NCBI GenBank assembly: GCA_965221775.1 | Contig: CBDCSU010000005.1 | Span: forward strand, 896,001 to 960,000 | Origin: Candidatus Latescibacterota bacterium | Lineage (GTDB): Bacteria; Latescibacterota; UBA2968; UBA8231 | Length of the DNA stretch: 64,000 nucleotides | Direction of reading: 5' to 3' | Shown here: positions 23,374-34,532 of the stretch, piece by piece | How the letters are laid out: every line of letters begins with the position of its first letter | Numbering within the stretch: the stretch's first letter is position 1 | Position numbers and translations under genes: made by a program | The notes under the pieces: model-generated | Databases searched by the model: none | The model's input: only the letters and a program-made list of their open reading frames with translations | What the model was told of the DNA's origin: nothing

Positions 23374-24795
23374 CTAGGACTCGAACTCGAGGTAGAGGAT
23401 TCGCCGACTGCCCGCCGCGACGCGATGGCGGTGGCTCCGGGCGAGGCCGGCGACCCAGAGGATCTCCTCTTCGGCGTCCGGGGTGGGCGGCCTGCGGGTC
23501 AGCAGCAGGGCCTCTGGCCGGAGGATCCTCGGCCACTTGGCGTCGATGAAGCAGTCGCTGAGCTTCTTGTGACGCCCCTTCATGCCCAAGGGTTGCAGGC
23601 GATCGCCGGGCCGCGGACTGCGCAACGACAATTCCCCCTCCGCCGCCCCGGCGTCGAAGGCAGCGCGCCAGCCGTCCAGGGACGGGCGAACCTCGTCGAA
23701 CCGCGCCGGATCGAGGAACCGCGCCTCCAGGGTGACCCTGCGCTCCGGAACCTGGGTGCGCCCCGGGAGCTCGACTCTGGCGTGGACACGGCAGGCCGGG
23801 CCGCGACGGAGGATCAGGCTGGCGCCGGTGCCCTGCACCCACAGACCGCCGGCGACCGACCGCAGGCCGGAGCCCCTGGCCGCCGCCTCGGAGGCCGCTT
23901 CCACGGCTGCCCGGGAGACCGGGGCGTGTTGCGCAAGCTCTTGAATATACTGACGTAACACACGCCGCCGGACGGCCCTATGATAGCCGAGGAGCCGTCC
24001 GGCATCAAGTGTGACCCCCTCCGGGTCCCGGCGCACCAGGGCCTGCCTCGCCGCCTTGCGGGCGACGCCGTCGAGATAGTCGTCCTCGTCGCGCAGCAGC
24101 GAGGCGGTACGCGACAGGACATCGACCACGGCGGGGTTGTGGCGCCGTCGCAGGCTCGGCAGCAACTCGTGGCGCACCCGGTTCCGGGGCACCGCCAGGT
24201 CGCGGTTGCCGGGATCCTCGCGGAACTCGATGTCCTCCCGGCAGGCGTGATCGCGGATCTGTGCGCGGCTGGCAGACAGCAGTGGACGGAGGACACCGGG
24301 GGCGCGCACCGGGGACATGGCCCCGAGCCCGGTGGAACCCGCCCCGCGGAGCAGCCGCAGGAGGAGGGTCTCGGCCTGATCGTCGGCGTGATGGGCGACG
24401 GCCACCCACCGGCACCCGGACTGCCGCCGGACCCGCTCGAACAGGGCGTACCGGGCCTCCCGGCCCTCCTCCTCCAGGGACCTCCCGGACCGCCGAGCCT
24501 CTCCGGCGACGTCGACGGCCTCGACCGTGACCGGCAGCCCGAGCCCCTCGGCGGCGGCGGCCACGAAGCGGGCATCCTCGGCGGATTCCGCGCGCAACCG
24601 GTGATCCAGATGGGCGACGTGCAGCTGCAGCCGGCGCGATGCGCGGGTCCGGTGCAGGAGATCCAGCAGGACCATGGAGTCGAGGCCGCCGGAGACGGCG
24701 GCGACGATACCGTCTCCATGGGCAACCCCGGCCTCCCCCAATGCATGGTCGAGGACGGCCTCGAGGTCCTTCTGCGGTCCGCTGGCTGGGCTCAT
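23374..24795 (-). CDS. tilS: tRNA(Ile)-lysidine synthase
   Basis: SGGLDS, HHADDQAET, RNRVR and C-terminal GDRLQPLG; upstream of ftsH. Confidence 0.93.
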   Translation of the reverse strand: MSPASGPQKDLEAVLDHALGEAGVAHGDGIVAAVSGGLDSMVLLDLLHRTRASRRLQLHVAHLDHRLRAESAEDARFVAAAAEGLGLPVTVEAVDVAGEARRSGRSLEEEGREARYALFERVRRQSGCRWVAVAHHADDQAETLLLRLLRGAGSTGLGAMSPVRAPGVLRPLLSASRAQIRDHACREDIEFREDPGNRDLAVPRNRVRHELLPSLRRRHNPAVVDVLSRTASLLRDEDDYLDGVARKAARQALVRRDPEGVTLDAGRLLGYHRAVRRRVLRQYIQELAQHAPVSRAAVEAASEAAARGSGLRSVAGGLWVQGTGASLILRRGPACRVHARVELPGRTQVPERRVTLEARFLDPARFDEVRPSLDGWRAAFDAGAAEGELSLRSPRPGDRLQPLGMKGRHKKLSDCFIDAKWPRILRPEALLLTRRPPTPDAEEEILWVAGLARSHRHRVAAGSRRILYLEFES

Positions 24796-24850
24796 GTCAG
24801 ATCCGGGTGGGCGGCGGCCACGCCCCCCTGGGGAATCGCCCCGGCCTAGA

Positions 24851-27800
24851 TCATTCGGAAACCGTGATCCCGAGCGGCTCGGTCCACTCGCTGACACGGT
24901 CGTCGATGTCGACCGCCCGCACACGGTAATAGTAGGTCTGACCGCGCCTCACGGTGTTGTCTTCCCGGGTGGTGCTGAACTCGTGAGGCAGGATCTCGGT
25001 GTAGTCGCCGTCCCAGGTGCTGTTGGCCACCGTCGTCCGCTGTACCTCGTAGTGCAGGATGGCGCCCTTCGACGCCGTCCAGGTGATCGTCACCACGGGT
25101 CGGTCGTTGGGATTGGACGGGGTGGCCGCGACGAGCCGCACGTGGGTGGGCATCTCGACGCCGCCCGTGGTCGCCTCGGCGGTCTCCGACCTCGGGCCGA
25201 CATTGCCCTCGGCATCGAAGGCCTGCACCTGGTAGTAGTAGGTGGTCTGCTGCGACAGGGCGGTGTCGACGAAGGTGCTCGTCACGCTCGAGTCGAGCGT
25301 CGCGAACTCGCCGCCCTCCTCGTCGGCGCGGTAGATGACATAGCCACTCACGCCGGTGAGCCTGCTCCCGTCCTCGTCGCGCCTCGGGGGCCGCCACGAC
25401 AGCTCGAGCTGGTCGGGATGCTCCGGCACCGGCCGCCCCGTGACCCGGGAGGGCGCCTCCGGCGCCTGGACATCCAGCAGGACGGTGGCGCCGCTGAAGG
25501 CGGAGGGCGCGCTCTCTCCGGAGGGGGTCACCACGGTGACACGGTAGTAGAGGACCTGTCCGCTCGTCAGGTTGGAGTCGATGTAGCTCGTCTGGCCGGT
25601 GGTGAAGGGCGTGCCCTCGGCGCCGGCGAGACGCGCATACCCCTCGTCGGGACGGCGGGAACGGTAGACGTTGTAGCCGATCAGCTCGTCGTCGTCGCTG
25701 GGACTCCAGGTGAGGACGACGCGGCTCACCTCGCCGGTGGCGGAGACCGCGGCCGGGGAGGCGATCCCCGGGGTGGTGGCCGACACGGCGAGAGCCCGAG
25801 GACTGACGTTGCCGGAGGCGTCGGCGGCGCTGACCGAGTAGTAGTAGATCGTCGCCGGCTCGAGCCCGGTATCCGTGAAGGTGATCGATCCGGCATCGAC
25901 CGTATCGACCGCGGTCAGGGCCTCCGGACCATCCTCGGACCGGTAGACGATGAAGCTGCTCAAGCCGGTCAGATCGCCGCCCCCAAGGTCGGTGCGAGGC
26001 CTGGTCCAGCGGAGGGACACCTCGGCCCGGCCTTCGTCGGCGATGGCCACGAGGCCGGTGGGGGTGTCCGGAGCCACATCGTCAGCCCCCGCAGTACCGC
26101 TGACGATCACCGAGGGCTCGCCCTCGAACTGGGCGGTGACGGCCGTGACCCTGTAGTAGACCAACTCGCCGGCACCGAGACTGGAGTCGACGAAGGTGGT
26201 GCGGCCCGTGCTGAACGCCTCTCCGCCGTCTCCCTCCAGGCGCGAGAAGGGCTCGTCCGGACGCGCCGCCCGGTAGACGTTGTATCCGAGAAGGTCGGTG
26301 TGGTCCACCGCCCCCCAGCTCAACTCGATGCGGCCGATGCCGTCCACCACCGCCACATTCCCCGGGGCCGGAACGCCTGACGTGGTCACCCGGACGGCGG
26401 CGGACGGGACGCTCTCGTTGCCGGCGCCGTCGACCGCGATCAAGGCGTAGCGGTAGGTCGTGAGCCCCGCAAGTCCGGAATCTTCGAAGCGGCGATCGTC
26501 CGAGCCAAGGGTGGCCGTGCGCACGAAGGAGCCCTCCCCTTCGGCGCGGAGCAGGACGAACCCCGACAGGCCGGTCAGTGGGCCCCCGTCCGCGTCGTGG
26601 GAGGGCGCGCTCCAGCGCAGGGTGATCCGCGAAGGATCCGAGGGGACCGGCTCGGCTTCCACTCCCCGGGGCGCCCCCGGCGCGCGCTCGTCTGCAAGGG
26701 ACGTGGCCCCCACGAAGCCCGACAGCTCGCTCCACACGCCGTCCGAGCCCACCGAGCGGACCTTGTAGTAGTACCGCTGGCCCCCCGGCAGGTTGCTGTC
26801 CACGTAGCTCGTCAGACCCGTCGTGAACGAGGTTCCCTCCGCCCCCGCCAGGCGACGATACTCCCCGTCCGACGTCGACGAGCGATACACGTCGTAGCCG
26901 GCCAGCGAGGGCTCCCCCACCGCCGTCCAGCTCAACTCGATCCGCCCGATCCCCGAGTCCGCCCGCAACCCCGAGGGAGACGGCAACCCCGATGTCGTCA
27001 CCGACACCGAGGCGCTCGCGCGGCTCGCGTTCCCGGAGCCGTCGAAGGCCACCACGCTGTACGAATACGTCGTCCGGCTCTTCAGACCCGTGTCCCGATA
27101 CGCCCGCTCATCCCGAGACAGCGTGTCCACCGCCACCGAGCCCCCCGTCCCCTCCGAGCGAAGCACCACGTACCCCGAGAGACCCGACAGCTCCTCACCC
27201 CCCGCGTCCGTCTCCGGGGCGCTCCAGCGAACCACCACCTCCCCCGGCGTCTCCGACGCTACCGCCGAGACCGAATGAGGGGATTCCGGCGCCCGCTCGT
27301 CCGCAAGGGACGTAGCCCCCACGAAGCCCGACAGCTCACTCAGAACACCGTCGCTGCCCACTGAACGAACCTTGTAGTAATACCGCTGGCCCCCCGACAG
27401 GTTGCTGTCCACGTAGCTCGTCAGGCCCGTCGTGAACGACGTACCCTCCGCCCCCGCCAGGCGACGATACTCCCCGTCCGACGTCGACGAGCGATACACG
27501 TCGTAGCCGGCCAGCGAGGGCTCCCCCACCGCCGTCCAGCTCAACTCGATCCGCCCGATCCCCGAAGCCGCCTGCAACCCCGAGGGAGACGGCAAACCCG
27601 AGGTCGTCACCGACACCGAGGCGCTCGCACGGCTCGCGTTCCCGGAGCCGTCGAAGGCCACCACGCTGTACGAATACGTCGTCCGGCTCTTCAGACCCGT
27701 GTCCCGATACGCCCGCTCATCCCGAGACAGCGTGTCCACCGCCACCGAGCCCCCCGTCCCCTCCGAGCGAAGCACCACGTACCCCGAGAGACCCGACAGC

Positions 27801-30751
27801 TCCTCACCCCCCGCGTCCGACTCCGGAGCGCTCCAGCGAACCACCACCTCCCCCGGCGTCTCCGACGCTACCGCCGAGACCGAATGAGGGGATTCCGGCG
27901 CCCGCTCGTCCGCAAGGGACGTAGCCCCCACGAAGCCCGACAGCTCACTCAGAACACCGTCGCTGCCCACTGAACGAACCTTGTAGTAATACCGCTGGCC
28001 CCCCGACAGGTTGCTGTCCACGTAGCTCGTCAGACCCGTCGTGAACGACGTACCCTCCGCCCCCGACAGGCGACGATACTCCCCGTCCGACGTCGACGAG
28101 CGATACACGTCGTAGCCGGCCAGCGAGGGCTCCCCCACCGCCGTCCAGCTCAACTCGATCCGCCCGATCCCCGAAGCCGCCTGCAAGTCCGAGGGAGACG
28201 GCAAACCCGAGGTCGTCACCGACACCGAGGCGCTCGCACGGCTCGCGTTCCCCGAGCCGTCGAAAGCCACCACGCTGTACGAATACGTCGTCCGGCTCTT
28301 CAGACCCGTGTCCCGATACGCCCGCTCATCCCGAGACAGCGTGTCCACCGCCACCGAGCCCCCCGTCCCCTCCGAACGAAGCACCACGTACCCCGAGAGA
28401 CCCGACAGCTCCTCACCCCCCGCGTCCGACTCCGGAGCGCTCCAGCGAACCACCACCTCCCCCGGCGTCTCCGACGCTACCGCCGAGACCGAATGAGGAG
28501 ACTCCGGCGCGCGCTCGTCCGCAAGGGACGTGGCCCCCACGAAGCCCGACAGCTCACTCCACACGCCGTCCGAGCCCACCGAGCGAACCTTGTAGTAATA
28601 CCGCTGGCCCCCCGACAGGTTGCTGTCCACGTAGCTCGTCAGACCCGTCGTGAACGACGTACCCTCCGCGCCCACCAGACGCCGATACTCCCCGTCCGAC
28701 GTCGACGAGCGATACACGTCGTAGCCGGCCAGCGAGGGCTCCCCCACCGCCGTCCAGCTCAACTCGATCCGCCCGATCCCCGAAGCCGCCTGCAAGTCCG
28801 AGGGAGACGGCAAACCCGAGGTCGTCACCGACACCGAGGCGCTCGCACGGCTCGCGTTCCCGGAGCCGTCGAAGGCCACCACGCTGTACGAATACGTCGT
28901 CCGGCTCTTCAGACCCGTGTCCCGATACGCCCGCTCATCCCGAGACAGCGTGTCCACCGCCACCGAGCCCCCCGTCCCCTCCGAGCGAAGCACCACGTAC
29001 CCCGAGAGACCCGACAGCTCCTCACCCCCCGCGTCCGACTCGAGCGCTCCAGCGAACCACCACCTCCCCCGGCGTCTCCGACGCTACCGCCGAGACCGAA
29101 TGAGGAGACTCCGGCGCGCGCTCGTCCGCAAGGGACGTAGCCCCCACGAAACCCGACAGCTCACTCAGAACACCGTCGCTGCCCACTGAACGAACCTTGT
29201 AGTAATACCGCTGGCCCCCCGACAGGTTGCTGTCCACGTAGCTCGTCAGGCCCGTCGTGAACGACGTACCCTCCGCCCCCGCCAGGCGACGATACTCCCC
29301 GTCCGACGTCGACGAGCGATACACGTCGTAGCCGGCCAGCGAGGGCTCCCCCACCGCCGTCCAGCTCAACTCGATCCGCCCGATCCCCGAAGCCGCCTGC
29401 AACCCCGAGGGAGACGGCAAACCCGAGGTCGTCACCGACACCGAGGCGCTCGCACGGCTCGCGTTCCCGGAGCCGTCGAAGGCCACCACGCTGTACGAAT
29501 ACGTCGTCCGGCTCTTCAGACCCGTGTCCCGATAGCCCGCTCATCCCGAGACAGCGTGTCCACCGCCACCGAGCCCCCCGTCCCCTCCGAGCGAAGCACC
29601 ACGTACCCCGAGAGACCCGACAGCTCCTCACCCCCCGCGTCCGACTCCGGAGCGCTCCAGCGAACCACCACCTCCCCCGGCGTCTCCGACGCTACCGCCG
29701 AGACCGAATGAGGGGATTCCGGCGCCCGCTCGTCCGCAAGGGACGTAGCCCCCACGAAGCCCGACAGCTCACTCAGAACACCGTCGCTGCCCACTGAACG
29801 AACCTTGTAGTAATACCGCTGGCCCCCCGACAGGTTGCTGTCCACGTAGCTCGTCAGACCCGTCGTGAACGACGTACCCTCCGCCCCCGACAGGCGACGA
29901 TACTCCCCGTCCGACGTCGACGAGCGATACACGTCGTAGCCGGCCAGCGAGGGCTCCCCCACCGCCGTCCAGCTCAACTCGATCCGCCCGATCCCCGAAG
30001 CCGCCTGCAACCCCGAGGGAGACGGCAACCCCGATGTCGTCACCGACACCGAGGCGCTCGCACGGCTCGCGTTCCCCGAGCCGTCGAAAGCCACCACGCT
30101 GTACGAATACGTCGTCCGGCTCTTCAGACCCGTGTCCCGATACGCCCGCTCATCCCGAGACAGCGTGTCCACCGCCACCGAGCCCCCCGTCCCCTCCGAA
30201 CGAAGCACCACGTACCCCGAGAGACCCGACAGCTCCTCACCCCCCGCGTCCGACTCCGGAGCGCTCCAGCGAACCACCACCTCCCCCGGCGTCTCCGACG
30301 CTACCGCCGAGACCGAATGAGGAGACTCCGGCGCGCGCTCGTCCGCAAGGGACGTAGCCCCCACGAAACCCGACAGCTCGCTGCGAAGACCGCTGGTGTC
30401 GACGGCCGCCACCCGGTAGAAGAAGGTGCGGATCTCGCCGCGGATGGTGTCGTCGAAGGTGGTCTTGCCGGTCGTGATCCCCGCCGTCGAATCGCCCTCT
30501 CCGGAGACAAAGGTGAAGGTGCCGTTGGAGCGGTCGGAGCGCAGGACGGCGTAGCCCGCCAGATCCGGGTCGGTCACCGGCTGCCAGGCCAGGCGGATAC
30601 GTCCGATCTCTCCCCGGGCCGAAACCTCCGCCGGGGTCGCCGGCCGGCCCTGGACCAGATCGGCCTGGGGATCTAGGGGGTTGCTGCGGTCGCGATCGCA
30701 GCCCACGGCGAGGAGGGCGAGCAGCAGGGCGCCGGCGGCGATGCTCTTCAT
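24851..30751 (-). pseudogene. Giant fibronectin type III repeat lipoprotein (about 19 FN3 domains, about 1,970 aa if intact), interrupted by two frameshifts
   Basis: MKS...LLAVG-C lipobox; FN3 W and Y.Y.V.A motifs. Relative to the other units there is a 1-nt deletion at ~29534 and a 2-nt deletion at ~29040. These may be sequencing or assembly errors. Confidence 0.8.
26680..30380. repeat. Six near-identical 609-bp tandem units (203 aa, two FN3 domains each)
   Basis: Near-identical antisense ORFs at 27090, 27699, 28308 and 28917 are spaced 609 bp apart; GFVGATSLADERAP occurs 7 times. Confidence 0.95.
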
Positions 30752-30770
30752 GGCAGGGGCTTCACCCGGA

Positions 30771-31307
30771 TCAGTGGAAGCGGCGCTGCAGCCGGAGCCC
30801 GAGTACCCGGGGCGCCGCGACCGGTACCAGGGAGAGGGAGGGGCTGCCCGCCGAGGCGGCGCCGCGGAACTCGCCACCGCCGGTGAACAGGAGACGCAGG
30901 CCGGTCACGCCGCAGGCGGCGGCCAGGGCCCAGCTGACCTGACTCTTCACGTCCCGGTTGGTGGTGCGCTGGTAGAGCTTCTGGATCTCGGCCTGGTCGT
31001 CGGCGGCCTTGTAGGCCTCGTAGAAGGCGTCGGCCTCGTCCTTGTAATCGAATCCCCGGGCGGTGAGGGCGGCGCCGCCCGCGAGAAAGGCCAGGCCGAG
31101 GGTTCGGCGAAACGTGATCAGCGACCCGGACCCGTCGGCCTCGGAGCCCTGCATGGCCGCCGGCCGCTCGACGGCGGCCCCGGACCCCGGGGGCGGCGCC
31201 GCGTCGGATGCCGCGGCAGCGGCCAGGGGCAGCAGGCCGAGGGCGATGCACGCGGGCAGGGCCCGAAGGAGGGTGGAAGCACTGGGGGGAACCAGGGTCA
31301 TCTGCAC
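30771..31307 (-). CDS. Hypothetical exported/membrane protein
   Basis: Signal-like N-terminus, two Gly/Ala-rich hydrophobic helices and C-terminal LRLQRRFH; 19 bp upstream of the FN3 gene. Confidence 0.6.
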   Translation of the reverse strand: MQMTLVPPSASTLLRALPACIALGLLPLAAAAASDAAPPPGSGAAVERPAAMQGSEADGSGSLITFRRTLGLAFLAGGAALTARGFDYKDEADAFYEAYKAADDQAEIQKLYQRTTNRDVKSQVSWALAAACGVTGLRLLFTGGGEFRGAASAGSPSLSLVPVAAPRVLGLRLQRRFH

Positions 31308-31375
31308 GGCCGTGAAGCGCCCGGGAATGCGCCAACTCCATGAAACTTGTGGACTTACGTTAGGTTGCGGAGACT

Positions 31376-31404
31376 ACGGTAGAGACTAGGGTGGACTTTG
31401 TCAA
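31376..31404 (-). promoter_or_regulatory. Putative sigma70 promoter for the FN3-lipoprotein operon
   Basis: Minus strand TTGACA (31404-31399), 17 bp, TACCGT (31381-31376). Confidence 0.5.
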
Positions 31405-31454
31405 CCAGGGTCCGGGAGGCCTTTCCGTCTCGCCGGAGCCGGGCGTCTGAGGCA

Positions 31455-31483
31455 TTGACAAATGAACGAATGTTCAGTATCGT
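31455..31483 (+). promoter_or_regulatory. lexA promoter with SOS box TGAAC-N4-GTTCA in the spacer
   Basis: TTGACA 31455-31460, 17 bp, TATCGT 31478-31483; palindrome TGAACgaatGTTCA at 31463-31476. Confidence 0.85.
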
Positions 31484-31549
31484 TGATGCGATTCGGCAGC
31501 CTGGATCGGGACGCGCGCCCGACATCACGGAGAGAGAGGAGGCCAGGCC

Positions 31550-32176
31550 ATGGCCAAGCAACTGACCCAGCGCCAGCAGGCGATCTTCGACTTCATCGCC
31601 GGCATCATCCGCCGGCGAGGGGCCCCGCCCACGATCCGCGAGATCATGGAGCAGTTCGGCATCAGCTCCACCAACGGGGTCCGCACCACCCTGGCCGCCC
31701 TCGAGAAGAAGGGACACATCCGCCGCCATCCCCGGCTGTCGCGGGGCATCGAGCTGGTGGACGGCCCCTACCTGCCCGAGCACGCGACGGTGCAGGTTCC
31801 CGTTCTCGGACGGGTCGCGGCCGGCGCCCCGATCCTGGCGGAGGAGAACGTGGAAGACACCATCCACGTCGATCCGTCCCTGGCGCCGGCTTCGGGACGA
31901 GCCTTCGCCCTGCGCGTGCGCGGCGACAGCATGACCGACGCCGGCATCCTCGACGGCGACATCGTCGTCGCCCGCCAGCAGGAGACGGCGGACCGCGGCG
32001 ACATCGTCGTCGCCCTCCTCGACGACGAGGCCACCGTCAAGCGCTTCGATCCGGTGGCGGGGGCCGTCCGGCTGCTCCCGGAAAACCCCGCCTACGCACC
32101 TATCGTCCTCTCCGGAGATGAGGGGACCCAGCTGCGCATCGCCGGCAAGGTGGTGGGCCTCATGAGAAGGATGTGA
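31550..32176 (+). CDS. lexA: SOS repressor LexA
   Basis: LTQRQ..PPTIREI, VAAG (Ala-Gly cleavage site), GDSM (Ser) and TVKR (Lys). Confidence 0.96.
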   Translation: MAKQLTQRQQAIFDFIAGIIRRRGAPPTIREIMEQFGISSTNGVRTTLAALEKKGHIRRHPRLSRGIELVDGPYLPEHATVQVPVLGRVAAGAPILAEENVEDTIHVDPSLAPASGRAFALRVRGDSMTDAGILDGDIVVARQQETADRGDIVVALLDDEATVKRFDPVAGAVRLLPENPAYAPIVLSGDEGTQLRIAGKVVGLMRRM

Positions 32177-32183
32177 CCCATTC

Positions 32184-33527
32184 ATGAGGCGGCCGCAGGA
32201 GGTCGCCGCCCGCCACCGCGAGGACGCCCTCGCCATTCTTCGCGCCGCCATCGCCGCCGTCGAGCCGGGGGAGTTGGTCGGCCGCGCCCTCTCCCTGCAC
32301 GGAACGGATCTGGTCGCCGGCGACCACCGGCTGCCCCTTGCCCGCGATTCCCGGATCGTCGTCGTGGGGGCGGGCAAGGCCACACCGGCCATGGCAGCCG
32401 CCGCCGAGGCTGTCCTCGGGCCCCGCCTCACGGCCGGCTCCATCAACACCAAGTACGGTCACCGCCTGAGTCTGGCGACCATCCACACGGTGGAGTGCGG
32501 CCACCCCCTGCCCGACGACGCCGGGGTGGAGGGGACGCGGCGCATGCTTCGGCTCGTCGACGGCCTCGGCCCCGACGATGTGGTCCTGTGCCTGTTCTCC
32601 GGCGGGGGATCGGCGCTGATGCCGGCGCCCGCCGACGGCATCTCCCTCAAGGAGAAGGTCGCCGCCACCGACGCCCTGCTGCGCTGTGGGGCCACCATCG
32701 ACGAGCTCAACGCCGTCAGAAAGCACCTGTCGGAGGTCAAGGGCGGACAGCTGGCCCGGAGGGCGGCGCCGGCGAGGGTGGTCTCCCTGATGGTCTCCGA
32801 CGTCATCGGCGACCCGGTGCACACCATCGCCTCGGGACCGACCTGCGCCGATCCCACCACCTTCGAGGACTGCCTGCGCCTCGTCGACCGCTACCGGCTG
32901 CGGGAAGCTCTGCCGGCGTCCGTGGTCGCGCGCTTCGAGGGGGGCGCCGGCGGACACCTCCCCGAGACGCCGGGCGCCGAGGATCCGTCGGTGCAGGCGG
33001 CCCTCAATCTGGTGATCGGCAACAACTCGCTGGCCCTCGACGCGGCGCGGGAGGAGGCGGTCCACCGCGGCTACCGCGCCCTGGTGCTGTCGACGCGCAT
33101 CGCGGGTGAGACCCGCGAGGCGGCCGGGGTCCACGCCGCCATCGCCGCCGAGATCGCCCTCAGCGGGCAGCCCGTCCCCGCCCCCGCCTGCCTCATCAGC
33201 GGCGGCGAGACCACGGTCACCCTCCGGGGCGGCGGCAAGGGCGGGCGCAACCAGGAGTTCGCCCTCGCCGCCGCCCTCGGCCTGCAGGGAACCACCGGGA
33301 TCACGCTCATGAGCGCCGGCACCGACGGCACCGACGGGCCCACCGATGCCGCCGGGGCCATCGCCGACGGGACGACCGTGGCCCGCGCCGCCGCCGCCGG
33401 ACTGTCGGCGGGTGATCACCTCGAGCGCAACGACTCCTACCCCTTCTTCCAGGCTCTCGGAGACCTCATCGTCACCGGGCCCACCGGGACCAACGTGATG
33501 GACCTGAGACTGATGCTGATCGGCTGA
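32184..33527 (+). CDS. Glycerate 2-kinase, type II (MOFRL/TtuD family)
   Basis: GAGKA, SGGGSAL, SDVIGD, SGGETTV, GGRNQE, GTDGTDG and TGTNVMD. Confidence 0.9.
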   Translation: MRRPQEVAARHREDALAILRAAIAAVEPGELVGRALSLHGTDLVAGDHRLPLARDSRIVVVGAGKATPAMAAAAEAVLGPRLTAGSINTKYGHRLSLATIHTVECGHPLPDDAGVEGTRRMLRLVDGLGPDDVVLCLFSGGGSALMPAPADGISLKEKVAATDALLRCGATIDELNAVRKHLSEVKGGQLARRAAPARVVSLMVSDVIGDPVHTIASGPTCADPTTFEDCLRLVDRYRLREALPASVVARFEGGAGGHLPETPGAEDPSVQAALNLVIGNNSLALDAAREEAVHRGYRALVLSTRIAGETREAAGVHAAIAAEIALSGQPVPAPACLISGGETTVTLRGGGKGGRNQEFALAAALGLQGTTGITLMSAGTDGTDGPTDAAGAIADGTTVARAAAAGLSAGDHLERNDSYPFFQALGDLIVTGPTGTNVMDLRLMLIG

Positions 33528-33551
33528 GCAACCCTTCCGGCGCCTCGCGAG

Positions 33552-33580
33552 TTGAAGTCCCCGGGCCCCACCTCTAGACT
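33552..33580 (+). promoter_or_regulatory. Putative sigma70 promoter, possibly giving a leaderless transcript
   Basis: TTGAAG, 17 bp, TAGACT; GTG start 7 nt downstream with no SD sequence. Confidence 0.45.
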
Positions 33581-33587
33581 TGAATAC

Positions 33588-34532
33588 GTGACTCGACGGT
33601 TTTCCTGCACGGCGCTGCTCTCTTCCGCCCTCCTGTCCTGGCCCGCCGCCCCGGCTCACGGGGCCAGCGCCTACGCCGGCGAGTTCCTGGCTGTCGGCGC
33701 CGGGGCCCGGGGGCTCGCCCTCGGCAGCGCCTGCGTGGCCCTGGGAGACGCGGCCACCGCCGGATACTGGAACAGCGCCGGTCTCGCCGGCTCGCCCGAG
33801 CGCCAGGCCCACTTCACCCACGGCGAGCGCTTCAACGGACTCGTCCGGCAGGACTACGTGGCCTTCGTCACCCCCGGACCGTACTTCGACGGCCTCGGCA
33901 TCGGCCTGCTGCGCCTCGGCGTCGACGGCATCCACTTCACCGACCTGCCCGACCCTTCCGCGCCTCTGGGGCCCGACAACCGCCCCTTCGTCTCGTCCAC
34001 CGAGTCGGCCGCCGACTACGCCCTGTACCTCTCCGCGGGCCGGCGCCTGGGCGAGCGTCTCGACATCGGCGCCAGCGCCAAGCTCATCCATCGCTCGGTG
34101 GCCGACCTCACCGCCTACGGCGGCGGCCTCGACCTGGGGCTGCGCTACCGCCCGGCCCCCTCCCTGACCCTGGCCGCCAACATCCGCGACGTGACCACCA
34201 CCCCAATCCTCTGGGACGGCACCACCGACCGCATCCAGCCCTCCATCCTCCTGGGAGTTGCCTATGGACGCGCTCTCGCCGGGGGCACGGCTTCGGTGGC
34301 CATCGGCTCGCGCTCCGGGGGCGACGCCGAGGACGAGGCCGGCACCGCCCCGGTCCACGCCGGCATCGAGTACGACGCCGGGCGGCTGGCCTTGCGCGCC
34401 GGTCTGGAGGAACTGCGCCAGACCTTCGGAGTCGGTCTGCGGGTCAGTCGCCGGCTGCAGGTCGATCTCGCCTACCTGCAGCACGACGACCTCGAGGGCA
34501 CCTATCTGCTCTCCGCCGACGTCCGCTTCTGA
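33588..34532 (+). CDS. PorV/PorQ-family outer-membrane beta-barrel protein
   Basis: Signal peptide; FLAVGAGARGLALG..A.YWNSAGL N-terminal motif; C-terminal Phe. Confidence 0.75.
   Translation: MTRRFSCTALLSSALLSWPAAPAHGASAYAGEFLAVGAGARGLALGSACVALGDAATAGYWNSAGLAGSPERQAHFTHGERFNGLVRQDYVAFVTPGPYFDGLGIGLLRLGVDGIHFTDLPDPSAPLGPDNRPFVSSTESAADYALYLSAGRRLGERLDIGASAKLIHRSVADLTAYGGGLDLGLRYRPAPSLTLAANIRDVTTTPILWDGTTDRIQPSILLGVAYGRALAGGTASVAIGSRSGGDAEDEAGTAPVHAGIEYDAGRLALRAGLEELRQTFGVGLRVSRRLQVDLAYLQHDDLEGTYLLSADVRF

Noticed and set aside
26680-30380. Repeat array as CRISPR or mobile-element repeats; repeated 62-aa plus-strand ORFs
   Set aside because: The units are 609 bp, contiguous, spacer-free and encode FN3 domains on the minus strand. 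The short ORFs are antisense shadows.
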